DNA of 64,000 nucleotides from Auanema rhodensis (lineage: Eukaryota > Animalia > Nematoda): assembly GCA_964057225.1 (NCBI GenBank), contig OZ059898.1, positions 1,364,001 through 1,428,000 on the forward strand, in the 5' to 3' direction. Positions 54,201 through 64,000 of this stretch are shown in pieces (the first letter of the stretch is position 1; every line of letters starts with the position of its first letter). Below the pieces are notes generated by a model. The model searched no databases. It was given only the letters and a program-made list of their open reading frames with translations, and had not been told where the DNA came from. Both the position numbers and the translations under genes were made by a program.

Positions 54201-55262
54201 AAAAAATTAAATAATAGGCCATATAAATACCCAAATTATCCTCAATTACCAAAAGAAAGAGTCCTAATATATAAACCTTTTGAAAATATAGGTATTGATT
54301 ACGCCGGTCCGTTATTAGTAAAAACAAATAGTAATTATGACAAGAAGGTTTGGATTATGTTAATTACTTGCCTTTGTACACGAGCAGTATATTTGGATTT
54401 AGCCAATGATTGCTCCAGTAAAGAATTAACACTAAATCTGAGAAAATTTTTTGCTCGAAAACGAGTACCAACAAAAATAATATCAGATAACGGCAGTCAG
54501 TTTATAAAAACTGATAAAATTCTCGAAACTTTCATTGAAAAAAAGCATGTAAACTGGCAAAAAATAACTCCTTATTCACCATGGAAAGGAGGATTTTATG
54601 AAAGATTGATTGGAGTAACAAAAAAGTACTTAATAAAAACACTTGGAACAAGAACAGTTTATTTCAATGAATTAAGTACAATTTTAACAGAAATTGAAAA
54701 TATAATAAATTCGAGACCTATATCGTACATACATGACGATTTTGACAAAATAATAACTCCTAAAAGTCTAGAGTACTACCATCCAGAAAACCTCATTTGC
54801 GAATTCTCGGATAATGCAAAGAAAACAAATTTATCTCAAATTAACGAAATAAAAGACTGGATGAGTATTTGCAATAGAACTATTTCGGAATTTTGGAGAG
54901 AATGGTCTTTAACTTACCTTGAAGAACTAAGAGCATTATCTAACAAGAGTGCTATCAACAAAAACTGTAATAAAACAAATCCCAAAGTTGGTGAAATTGT
55001 TTTATGCATTGAAAATAACGTAAAAAGACACAAATGGCCACTTGCAATTATTGAAGAATTGATATATTCGCAAGATGGAGAGATCAGAACCGTCAAAATT
55101 AGAAATTCTGAAGGGAATCGATTTCTCAGATCTATTAATCATCTCATCCCTCTGGAAATATCAGAAGATACACCAAATAACGAAGAAAATCATAGAATAA
55201 ACAGTGAATCATTGCAAAATCATGAAAAAAGTAATGAACCAAAAAAATATAAAAGAGAATAA
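51198..55262 (+). CDS. pol: Pol polyprotein (aspartic protease, reverse transcriptase, RNase H, integrase), -1 frame relative to gag
   Basis: The ORF track starts at TTG 51450, but the frame is open back to 51198 and includes the protease motif LVILFDTCSHQSFI (Asp codon 51402). RT: DIEKAFHQI, RIPFGVNSSPFLL, YVDN. RNase H: FTDAS, FTDSQ, NPAD. Integrase: HHCC (IHETSLH...CLKC) plus DDE motifs, and a DUF5641-type C-terminus. Confidence 0.95.
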   Translation, partial: RERPKTSTNRWQSRTIRAKFSNNEKCNRKGIIRTNLLSENINNTEKNRNNTFFISFFKTYHKNLVILFDTCSHQSFIKEKTAKLLNLKILNEKSLSISSINNNIKNISSREVMWDIPEVKKAVKLMSIDQITKYVNMPILNEEDIKEIKAYKLKSNTLLFEKGLVEPDILIGMDNFFDFVPKTFKSINIRNDLIIIPTIIHPIIAQSDCNDSNSKESVQNEDISCFLNGISLNDDNKKATKEEIRKYEDKMAWKHFYDNVQYVNDRIKVKFPIRPDVQSINNNYGKSIGCLNGILNTMKDKTDILMKYNETMMEQMKTGILEIAPEQNHPFFTYYIPHHYVLKLSSLTTKLRIVLNASSKKKNEKSLNDILYQGEGIIPSLAGMLIRLRMSRNFLIGDIEKAFHQIELDESHRDLTRILWVKDIHKGTQKSNILNLRFTRIPFGVNSSPFLLAASIIYFLKTEKSEISENILRNIYVDNIMLKIENKDQIFKFYEEVKNLFSKIGMNVREFYTNDVIQKDMIPIKDQIKETSFKILGMHYNGEKDVLLIKIPKWEEKSITKRGILSYINSIFDPLGITQPLTLKLRLFLKEIWDSKIGWDELIPEKQQSVWKTLYKKIENEKIEIKRAIIDETSDTSQKYEFLLFTDASKDVIAAVAYVMSINIHGKIEKIDFLCSKSSTMVEGTIPMKELTAVLFGMKMLKENIKEINVKIKNIKIFTDSQVVLCWLHKNPTKKIYIRNRLNKITELITEIEQGNRKIEFFYVNTKFNPADLPTRGLEKPDETYMQWIEGPQWYKAEKERNLHIKTLKEVIEKYCDEPQLKIVTLLLKSEMNPAENQDLDFLAQTFSSYSKFINIIRQVLIFITKMQKNIGKTSQNLLENFNEKDTLTKNKMIQQLLIKCHQNQNSNLLKKEKYKKLDIITDDSGILRVRGRLSNSENSNKQYPILLFGKKTFTKLILTYIHETSLHSSRETMMAIVRREFFIIKLKTCINTVISKCLKCKKLNNRPYKYPNYPQLPKERVLIYKPFENIGIDYAGPLLVKTNSNYDKKVWIMLITCLCTRAVYLDLANDCSSKELTLNLRKFFARKRVPTKIISDNGSQFIKTDKILETFIEKKHVNWQKITPYSPWKGGFYERLIGVTKKYLIKTLGTRTVYFNELSTILTEIENIINSRPISYIHDDFDKIITPKSLEYYHPENLICEFSDNAKKTNLSQINEIKDWMSICNRTISEFWREWSLTYLEELRALSNKSAINKNCNKTNPKVGEIVLCIENNVKRHKWPLAIIEELIYSQDGEIRTVKIRNSEGNRFLRSINHLIPLEISEDTPNNEENHRINSESLQNHEKSNEPKKYKRE
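51252..51258 (+). promoter_or_regulatory. Putative -1 ribosomal frameshift slippery heptamer A_AAT_TTT
   Basis: Fits X_XXY_YYZ in the gag frame (caa aat ttt cga) and lies inside the 51198-51291 overlap where pol is open in the -1 frame. Confidence 0.65.
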
Positions 55263-55382
55263 TCCAGAATTATGGAAAAATAGACTTCGGAATATCGAAA
55301 AAATTGACTACACTATGTTCTTTTAGCTATAACAACATTGAATTAAATTAAATTTTGTAGATGCATAGTGTAGTTTCTAGAA

Positions 55383-55383
<1 letters not shown>

Positions 55384-55410
<27 letters not shown>
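55384..55410. repeat. A10 run plus (AT)9 microsatellite in the spacer between pol and the accessory gene
   Basis: AAAAAAAAAATATATATATATATATAT read directly. Confidence 0.85.
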
Positions 55411-55414
<4 letters not shown>

Positions 55415-55461
55415 TTTAAATAAAAAGTAATTCAAATTATGTGAAGAGAGTTAATCGGTCG

Positions 55462-55548
55462 TTTTTTTTTGCGGCGGATGATTCGTGACACGTCATAACG
55501 TTACGTGAACGTCACGTAAAGTCACGCAACCAGAAATAGTATATAAAG
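55462..55548 (+). promoter_or_regulatory. Internal LTR-like promoter (relic PPT/LTR start, five ACGT cores, TATA box)
   Basis: T9-GCGGCGGA|TGATTCGT compares with GGGCTGGAA|TGTTTCGT at the 3' LTR. Blocks CACGTCATAA, CGTGAA and ACGTAA occur in the same order as in the LTR. TATATAAA at 55540-55547 lies upstream of ATG 55579. Confidence 0.65.
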
Positions 55549-55578
55549 AAAAGAATCTAACAGAAAAATTCATTTCTC

Positions 55579-56081
55579 ATGAAGGAACAGAACGAAATCA
55601 TGAATGATTATGAAGAACTACTTCTGGAGGAAGGAATTGAAGAAAACCAAGCAACCACCGACAATCTCATAGAAAGAATATCCTTTCTGGAGAAACACGT
55701 GGTTACTATGTGTGAAGCACTGAAGAAATTAAATGATATTTACTCTGAAAAACGAGAGATAAGTAGTAAACAACCAGAAAAGGTATATAATTTAATAATA
55801 AACAACTTATAAATAACAAAAAATTATTTAAGAAAGATGGTACATCAACTATAACATATAAACCGAAGTCATACTGCAAACTCTGTAAAAAAGAACACAA
55901 CACCGAAAAATGTTCCCAACATCTATCTAAACTTTCTAAGTTTACCAAAGCAGTCTCTATGAAGTTATGCTTACTCTGTCTTAACAGACATAAAGGAGAT
56001 TGCACAAAAGCAAAAATTTGTAAATTTTGTAATTTGAAGCAGTATAATTTTATTATCTGCCCATGTACCAAACGAAAATAA
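55579..56081 (+). CDS. Predicted spliced accessory gene, join(55579..55782,55833..56081), 150 aa: acidic/helical N-terminus plus Gag-like triple zinc knuckle
   Basis: Exon 1 is the first 68 codons of the 77-aa ORF. A phase-0 50-bp GT..AG intron joins it in frame to KDGTSTITYKPKSYCKLCKKEHNTEKCSQHLSKLSKFTKAVSMKLCLLCLNRHKGDCTKAKICKFCNLKQYNFIICPCTKRK*. AATAAA at 56097-56102. Confidence 0.75.
55783..55832 (+). other. Predicted 50-bp spliceosomal intron
   Basis: AAG|GTATAT...TTATTTAAG|AAA. It is almost pure A/T, contains the exon-1-frame stop, and its removal fuses two open frames in phase 0. Confidence 0.65.
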
Positions 56082-56140
56082 ACATTTTTTAAATGAAATA
56101 AAATGAATTCTTTCGTGAAACATATTAAACAACCCGATTC

Positions 56141-56149
56141 GGGCTGGAA
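56141..56149 (+). promoter_or_regulatory. Short, interrupted polypurine-tract equivalent GGGCTGGAA
   Basis: G-rich tract immediately 5' of the 3' LTR. Confidence 0.6.
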
Positions 56150-56470
56150 TGTTTCGTATATTATACGAAATTTAATGAAAGTAACGGAGAAACTATTAAA
56201 AAAGTGAGAATTCATTAAATATTAAAATCATCCTGAAAAGAAATTATTCATTAATCATTTATTCTCATTTGGTTTGAGAAAAACCGGTTGTATACGCGTC
56301 ACGTCATAAGCGCGTGAAATTGACGTAACGAGGACTATAAAGTTATCTTTCAGTTCACATAGTTGGCTCATAGCGCGTAGTCGCATATTTAATATTATAT
56401 ATATCGTGATTCATAAAATATTTCTTATAAATAAATCATTTTCATTATATTTCGTTTTAATTTCGAGATA
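56150..56470 (+). repeat. 3' LTR (321 bp)
   Basis: Identical to 48928-49248 and followed directly by the TSD ATGTT and resumed satellite. Confidence 0.96.
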
Positions 56471-56475
56471 ATGTT
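56471..56475 (+). other. Right copy of 5-bp target-site duplication ATGTT
   Basis: ...TTTCGAGATA|ATGTT|GAGTGTACATGG. Confidence 0.9.
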
Positions 56476-59400
56476 GAGTGTACATGGAAACTCAACATAC
56501 ACTAATGCATCATTTTTCAAACGATCATAACTAATTTTTGTATTAAGCGTTTCTCAATGTAGTATAGTGCATTCGATGCGGATTTTTAAGCTGCGTCGAT
56601 CTGTGTTATCAGATTTGCGCTAGCTTAAAAATGCACCGAGATATTAACTGATATAAGTTCACACTTATATCCTCGATTTTCACCCTGAAGAATTAATTTT
56701 TTCGTTGAACAACATTGTCCATCGTCTTTGCCTTGAAAAAAGGAATCTAAAAACATCTACTTTTTGCTAAATTATTTTGAAATTTTTCGAAAAAATTTTT
56801 GTCAAAATGTTTTTGGAAGCAATGTTGAGTGTACATGGAAACTCAACATACACTAATGCATCATTTTTCAAACGATCATAACTAATTTTTGTATTAAGCG
56901 TTTTTCAATGTAGTATAGTGCATTCGATGCGGATTTTTAAGCTGCGTCGATCTGTGTTATCAGATTTGCGCTAGCTTAAAAATGCACCGAGATATCAACT
57001 GGTATAAGTTCACAATTATATCCTCGATTTTCACCCTGAAGAATTAATTTTTTCGTTGAATAACATTGTCCATCGTCTTTGCCTTGAAAAAAGAAATCTA
57101 AAAACATCTACTTTTTGCTAAATTATTTTGAAATTTTTCGAAAAAATTTTTGTCAAAATGTTTTTGGAAGCAATGTTGAGTGTACATGGAAACTCAACAT
57201 ACACTAATGCATCATTTTTCAAACGATCATAACTAATTTTTGTATTAAGCGTTTTTCAATGTAGTATAGTGCATTCGATGCGGATTTTTAAGCTGCGTCG
57301 ATCTGTGTTATCAGATTTGCGCTAGCTTAAAAATGCACCGAGATATCAACTGGTATAAGTTCACACTTATATCCTCGATTTTCACCCTGAAGAATTAATT
57401 TTTTCGTTGAATAACATTGTCCATCGTCTTTGCCTTGAAAAAAGGAATCTAAAAACATCTACTTTTTGCTAAATTATCTTGAAATTTTTCGAAAAAATTT
57501 TTGTCAAAATGTTTTTGGAAGCAATGTTGAGTGTACATGGAAACTCAACATACACTAATGCATCATTTTTCAAACGATCATAACTAATTTTTGTATTAAG
57601 TGTTTCTCAATGTAGTATAGTGCATTCGATGCGGATTTTTAAGCTGCGTCGATATGTGTTATCAGATTTGCGCTAGCTTAAAAATGCACCGAGATATCAA
57701 CTGATATAAGTTCACACTTATATCCTCGATTTTCACCCTGAAGAATTAATTTTTTCGTTGAATAACATTGTCCATCGTCTTTGCCTTGAAAAAAGGAATC
57801 TAAAAACATCTACTTTTTGCTAAATTATCTTGAAATTTTTCGAAAAAATTTTTGTCAAAATGTTTTTGGAAGCAATGTTGAGTGTACATGGAAACTCAAC
57901 ATACACTAATGCATCATTTTTCAAACGATCATAATTAATTTTTGTATTAAGCGTTTCTCAATGTAGTATAGTGCATTCGATGCGGATTTTTAAGCTGCGT
58001 CGATCTGTGTTATCAGATTTGCGCTAGCTTAAAAATGCACCGAGATATCAACTGATATAAGTTCACACTTATATCCTCGATTTTCACCCTGAAGAATTAA
58101 TTTTTTCGTTGAATAACATTGTCCATCGTCTTTGCCTTGAAAAAAGGAATCTAAAAACATCTACTTTTTGCTAAATTATTTTGAAATTTTTCGAAAAAAT
58201 TTTTGTCAAAATGTTTTTGGAAGCAATGTTGAGTGTACATGGAAACTCAACATACACTAATGCATCATTTTTCAAACGATCATAACTAATTTTTGTATTA
58301 AGCGTTTCTCAATGTAGTATAGTGCATTCGATGCGGATTTTTAAGCTGCGTCGATCTGTGTTATCAGATTTGCGCTAGCTTAAAAATGCACCGAGATATT
58401 AACTGATATAAGTTCACACTTATATCCTCGATTTTCACCCTGAAGAATTAATTTTTTCGTTGAATAACATTGTCCATCGTCTTTGCCTTGAAAAAAGGAA
58501 TCTAAAAACATCTACTTTTTGCTAAATTATTTTGAAATTTTTCGAAAAAATTTTTGTCAAAATGTTTTTGGAAGCAATGTTGAGTGTACATGGAAACTCA
58601 ACATACACTAATGCATCATTTTTCAAACGATCATAACTAATTTTTGTATTAAGCGTTTTTCAATGTAGTATAGTGCATTCGATGCGGATTTTTAAGCTGC
58701 GTCGATCTGTGTTATCAGATTTGCGCTAGCTTAAAAATGCACCGAGATATCAACTGGTATAAGTTCACAATTATATCCTCGATTTTCACCCTGAAGAATT
58801 AATTTTTTCGTTGAATAACATTGTCCATCGTCTTTGCCTTGAAAAAAGAAATCTAAAAACATCTACTTTTTGCTAAATTATTTTGAAATTTTTCGAAAAA
58901 ATTTTTGTCAAAATGTTTTTGGAAGCAATGTTGAGTGTACATGGAAACTCAACATACACTAATGCATCATTTTTCAAACGATCATAACTAATTTTTGTAT
59001 TAAGCGTTTTTCAATGTAGTATAGTGCATTCGATGCGGATTTTTAAGCTGCGTCGATCTGTGTTATCAGATTTGCGCTAGCTTAAAAATGCACCGAGATA
59101 TCAACTGGTATAAGTTCACACTTATATCCTCGATTTTCACCCTGAAGAATTAATTTTTTCGTTGAATAACATTGTCCATCGTCTTTGCCTTGAAAAAAGG
59201 AATCTAAAAACATCTACTTTTTGCTAAATTATCTTGAAATTTTTCGAAAAAATTTTTGTCAAAATGTTTTTGGAAGCAATGTTGAGTGTACATGGAAACT
59301 CAACATACACTAATGCATCATTTTTCAAACGATCATAACTAATTTTTGTATTAAGTGTTTCTCAATGTAGTATAGTGCATTCGATGCGGATTTTTAAGCT

Positions 59401-62400
59401 GCGTCGATATGTGTTATCAGATTTGCGCTAGCTTAAAAATGCACCGAGATATCAACTGATATAAGTTCACACTTATATCCTCGATTTTCACCCTGAAGAA
59501 TTAATTTTTTCGTTGAATAACATTGTCCATCGTCTTTGCCTTGAAAAAAGGAATCTAAAAACATCTACTTTTTGCTAAATTATCTTGAAATTTTTCGAAA
59601 AAATTTTTGTCAAAATGTTTTTGGAAGCAATGTTGAGTGTACATGGAAACTCAACATACACTAATGCATCATTTTTCAAACGATCATAATTAATTTTTGT
59701 ATTAAGCGTTTCTCAATGTAGTATAGTGCATTCGATGCGGATTTTTAAGCTGCGTCGATCTGTGTTATCAGATTTGCGCTAGCTTAAAAATGCACCGAGA
59801 TATCAACTGATATAAGTTCACACTTATATCCTCGATTTTCACCCTGAAGAATTAATTTTTTCGTTGAATAACATTGTCCATCGTCTTTGCCTTGAAAAAA
59901 GGAATCTAAAAACATCTACTTTTTGCTAAATTATTTTGAAATTTTTCGAAAAAATTTTTGTCAAAATGTTTTTGGAAGCAATGTTGAGTGTACATGGAAA
60001 CTCAACATACACTAATGCATCATTTTTCAAACGATCATAACTAATTTTTGTATTAAGCGTTTCTCAATGTAGTATAGTGCATTCGATGCGGATTTTTAAG
60101 CTGCGTCGATCTGTGTTATCAGATTTGCGCTAGCTTAAAAATGCACCGAGATATCAACTGATATAAGTTCACACTTATATCCTCGATTTTCACCCTGAAG
60201 AATTAATTTTTTCGTTGAATAACATTGTCCATCGTCTTTGCCTTGAAAAAAGGAATCTAAAAACATCTACTTTTTGCTAAATTATTTCGAAATTTTTCGA
60301 AAAAATTTTTGTCAAAATGTTTTTGGAAGCAATGTTGAGTGTACATGGAAACTCAACATACACTAATGCATCATTTTTCAAACGATCATAACTAATTTTT
60401 GTATCAAGCGTTTCTCAATGTAGTATAGTGCATTCGATGCGGATTTTTATGCTGCGTCGATCTGTGTTATCAGATTTGCGCTAGCTTAAAAATGCACCGA
60501 GATATCAACTGATATAAGTTCACACTTATATCCTCGATTTTCACCCTGAAGAATTAATTTTTTCGTTGAATAACATTGTCCATCGTCTTTGCCTTGAAAA
60601 AAGGAATCTAAAAACATCTACTTTTTGCTAAATTATCTTGAAATTTTTCGAAAAAATTTTTGTCAAAATGTTTTTGGAAGCAATGTTGAGTGTACATGGA
60701 AACTCAACATACACTAATGCATCATTTTTCAAACGATCATAACTAATTTTTGTATTAAGTGTTTCTCAATGTAGTATAGTGCATTCGATGCGGATTTTTA
60801 AGCTGCGTCGATCTGTGTTATCAGATTTGCGCTAGCTTAAAAATGCACTGAGATATCAACTGATATAAGTTCACACTTATATCCTCGATTTTCACCCTGA
60901 AGAATTAATTTTTTCGTTGAATAACATTGTCCATCGTCTTCGCCTTGAAAAAAGGAATCTAAAAACATCTACTTTTTGCTAAATTATCTCGAAATTTTTC
61001 GAAAAAATTTTTGTCAAAATGTTTTTGGAAGCAATGTTGAGTGTACATGGAAACTCAACATACACTAATGCATCATTTTTCAAACGATCATAACTAATTT
61101 TTGTATTAAGCGTTTCTCAATGTAGTATAGTGCATTCGATGCGGATTTTTAAGCTGCGTCGATCTGTGTTATCAGATTTGCGCTAGCTTAAAAATGCACC
61201 GAGATATCAACTGATATAAGTTCACACTTATATCCTCGATTTTCACCCTGAAGAATTAATTTTTTCGTTAAATAACATTGTCCATCGTCTTTGCCTTGAA
61301 AAAAGGAATCTAAAAACATCTACTTTTTGCTAAATTATTTTGAAATTTTTCGAAAAAATTTTTGTCAAAATGTTTTTGGAAGCAATGTTGAGTGTACATG
61401 GAAACTCAACATACACTAATGCATCATTTTTCAAACGATCATAACTAATTTTTGTATTAAGCGTTTCTCAATGTAGTATAGTGCATTCGATGCGGATTTT
61501 TAAGCTGCGTCGATCTGTGTTATCAGATTTGCGCTAGCTTAAAAATGCACCGAGATATTAACTGATATAAGTTCACACTTATATCCTCGATTTTCACCCT
61601 GAAGAATTAATTTTTTCGTTGAATAACATTGTCCATCGTCTTTGCCTTGAAAAAAGGAATCTAAAAACATCTACTTTTTGCTAAATTATTTCGAAATTTT
61701 TCGAAAAAATTTTTGTCAAAATGTTTTTGGAAGCAATGTTGAGTGTACATGGAAACTCAACATACACTAATGCATCATTTTTCAAACGATCATAACTAAT
61801 TTTTGTATTAAGCGTTTCTCAATGTAGTATAGTGCATTCGATGCGGATTTTTATGCTGCGTCGATCTGTGTTATCAGATTTGCGCTAGCTTAAAAATGCA
61901 CCGAGATATCAACTGATATAAGTTCACACTTATATCCTCGATTTTCACCCTGAAGAATTAATTTTTTCGTTGAATAACATTGTCCATCGTCTTTGCCTTG
62001 AAAAAAGAAATCTAAAAACATCTACTTTTTGCTAAATTATTTTGAAATTTTTCGAAAAAATTTTTGTCAATATGTTTTTGGAAGCAATGTTGAGTGTACA
62101 TGGAAACTCAACATACACTAATGCATCATTTTTCAAACGATCATAACTAATTTTTGTATTAAGTGTTTCTCAATGTAGTATAGTGCATTCGATGCGGATT
62201 TTTAAGCTGCGTCGATCTGTGTTATCAGATTTGCGCTAGCTTAAAAATGCACTGAGATATCAACTGATATAAGTTCACACTTATATCCTCGATTTTCACC
62301 CTGAAGAATTAATTTTTTCGTTGAATAACATTGTCCATCGTCTTTGCCTTGAAAAAAGAAATCTAAAAACATCTACTTTTCGATAAATTATTTTGAAATT

Positions 62401-64000
62401 TTTCGAAAAAATTTTTGTCAATATGTTTTTGGAAGCAATGTTGAGTGTACATGGAAACTCAACATACACTAATGCATCATTTTTCAAACGATCATAACTA
62501 ATTTTTGTATTAAGCGTTTCTCAATGTAGTATAGTGCATTCGATGCGGATTTTTAAGCTGCGTCGATCTGTGTTATCAGATTTGCGCTAGCTTAAAAATG
62601 CACCGAGATATCAACTGATATAAGTTCACACTTATATCCTCGATTTTCACCCTGAAGAATTAATTTTTTCGTTGAATAACATTGTCCATCGTCTTTGCCT
62701 TGAAAAAAGGAATCTAAAAACATCTACTTTTTGCTAAATTATCTTGAAATTTTTCGAAAAAATTTTTGTCAAAATGTTTTTGGAAGCAATGTTGAGTGTA
62801 CATGGAAACTCAACATACACTAATGCATCATTTTTCAAACGATCATAACTAATTTTTGTATTAAGTGTTTCTCAATGTAGTATAGTGCATTCGATGCGGA
62901 TTTTTAAGCTGCGTCGATCTGTGTTATCAGATTTGCGCTAGCTTAAAAATGCACTGAGATATCAACTGATATAAGTTCACACTTATATCCTCGATTTTCA
63001 CCCTGAAGAATTAATTTTTTCGTTGAATAACATTGTCCATCGTCTTCGCCTTGAAAAAAGGAATCTAAAAACATCTACTTTTTGCTAAATTATCTCGAAA
63101 TTTTTCGAAAAAATTTTTGTCAAAATGTTTTTGGAAGCAATGTTGAGTGTACATGGAAACTCAACATACACTAATGCATCATTTTTCAAACGATCATAAC
63201 TAATTTTTGTATTAAGCGTTTTTCAATGTAGTATAGTGCATTCGATGCGGATTTTTAAGCTGCGTCGATCTGTGTTATCAGATTTGCGCTAGCTTAAAAA
63301 TGCACCGAGATATCAACTGATATAAGTTCACACTTATATCCTCGATTTTCACCCTGAAGAATTAATTTTTTCGTTGAATAACATTGTCCATCGTCTTTGC
63401 CTTGAAAAAAGGAATCTAAAAACATCTACTTTTTGCTAAATTATTTTGAAATTTTTCGAAAAAATTTTTGTCAAAATATTTTTGGAAGCAATGTTGAGTG
63501 TACATGGAAACTCAACATACACTAATGCATCATTTTTCAAACGATCATAACTAATTTTTGTATTAAGCGTTTCTCAATGTAGTATAGTGCATTCGATGCG
63601 GATTTTTAAGCTGCGTCGATCTGTGTTATCAGATTTGCGCTAGCTTAAAAATGCACCGAGATATTAACTGATATAAGTTCACACTTATATCCTCGATTTT
63701 CACCCTGAAGAATTAATTTTTTCGTTGAATAACAGTGTCCATCGTCTTTGCCTTGAAAAAAGGAATCTAAAAACATCTACTTTTTGCTAAATTATTTTGA
63801 AATTTTTCGAAAAAATTTTTGTCAAAATGTTTTTGGAAGCAATGTTGAGTGTACATGGAAACTCAACATACACTAATGCATCATTTTTCAAACGATCATA
63901 ACTAATTTTTGTATTAAGCGTTTTTCAATGTAGTATAGTGCATTCGATGCGGATTTTTAAGCTGCGTCGATCTGTGTTATCAGATTTGCGCTAGCTTAAA
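56471..64000 (+). repeat. 351-bp tandem satellite, ~21.5 monomers (runs off the window end)
   Basis: GGAATC anchors at 56742 and 63411 are 19 x 351 apart. Confidence 0.98.

Larger units (their letters stand above)
48928..56470 (+). mobile_element. Full-length BEL/Pao (Belpaoviridae) LTR retrotransposon, 7543 bp, no env
   Basis: Two identical 321-bp LTRs, 5-bp TSD, PBS, Gag with three zinc knuckles, and PR-RT-RNaseH-IN order. Pao-type motifs include YVDN, FTDAS, NPADLPTRG, GIDYAGP, ISDNGSQF, PWKGGFYERLIG and FWREWSLTYLEELR. Confidence 0.97.

Noticed and set aside
49539-55096. Short ORFs inside gag and pol (49539, 50550, 51028, 52856, 53189, 54914)
   Set aside because: Shadow frames of an A-rich coding strand with no motifs.
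55579-55812. The 77-aa ORF as a complete gene
   Set aside because: Its last nine codons run into an AT-only stretch after a GT donor. It is better explained as exon 1 of the spliced gene.
55263-56149. env gene
   Set aside because: The interval is under 900 bp and has no signal peptide, transmembrane segment or long glycoprotein ORF.
55706-56215. 169-aa antisense ORF starting in the 3' LTR
   Set aside because: It is F/L/I-rich as expected for the reverse of an A-rich strand and overlaps the much better supported plus-strand zinc-knuckle exon. It cannot be fully excluded without stranded RNA data.
62296-62487. Second 63-aa minus-strand satellite ORF
   Set aside because: Same frame, opened by a different private change (TTCGATAAA). 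A chance event among ~160 copies.
1-64000. CRISPR array, rDNA/5S/SL-RNA/tRNA array or telomeric repeat as an explanation of the tandem unit
   Set aside because: There are no unique spacers, and I recognise no RNA gene or telomere motif in the 351-bp monomer.

Overview
This is eukaryotic, very AT-rich heterochromatin-like DNA, probably from an invertebrate (a nematode is plausible but not provable here). About 56.5 kb is one homogeneous 351-bp tandem satellite (~160 monomer equivalents). Two 3.0-3.3 kb blocks of it (659-4003, 5424-8417) run in reverse orientation, carry the only deletions seen, and are each bracketed by a 16-bp direct duplication, so they look like inverted templated insertions rather than simple inversions. 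One full-length, very young 7543-bp BEL/Pao LTR retrotransposon (48928-56470) interrupts the array. It has identical 321-bp LTRs with TG...TA ends, an ATGTT target-site duplication, a tRNA-Gly primer-binding site, and gag and pol joined by a probable -1 frameshift. The most interesting part is missed by the ORF track: where env would sit, the element has a relic LTR-like internal promoter followed by a predicted two-exon, 150-aa accessory gene. That protein has an acidic/helical N-terminus and a triple zinc knuckle spaced like the element's own Gag.
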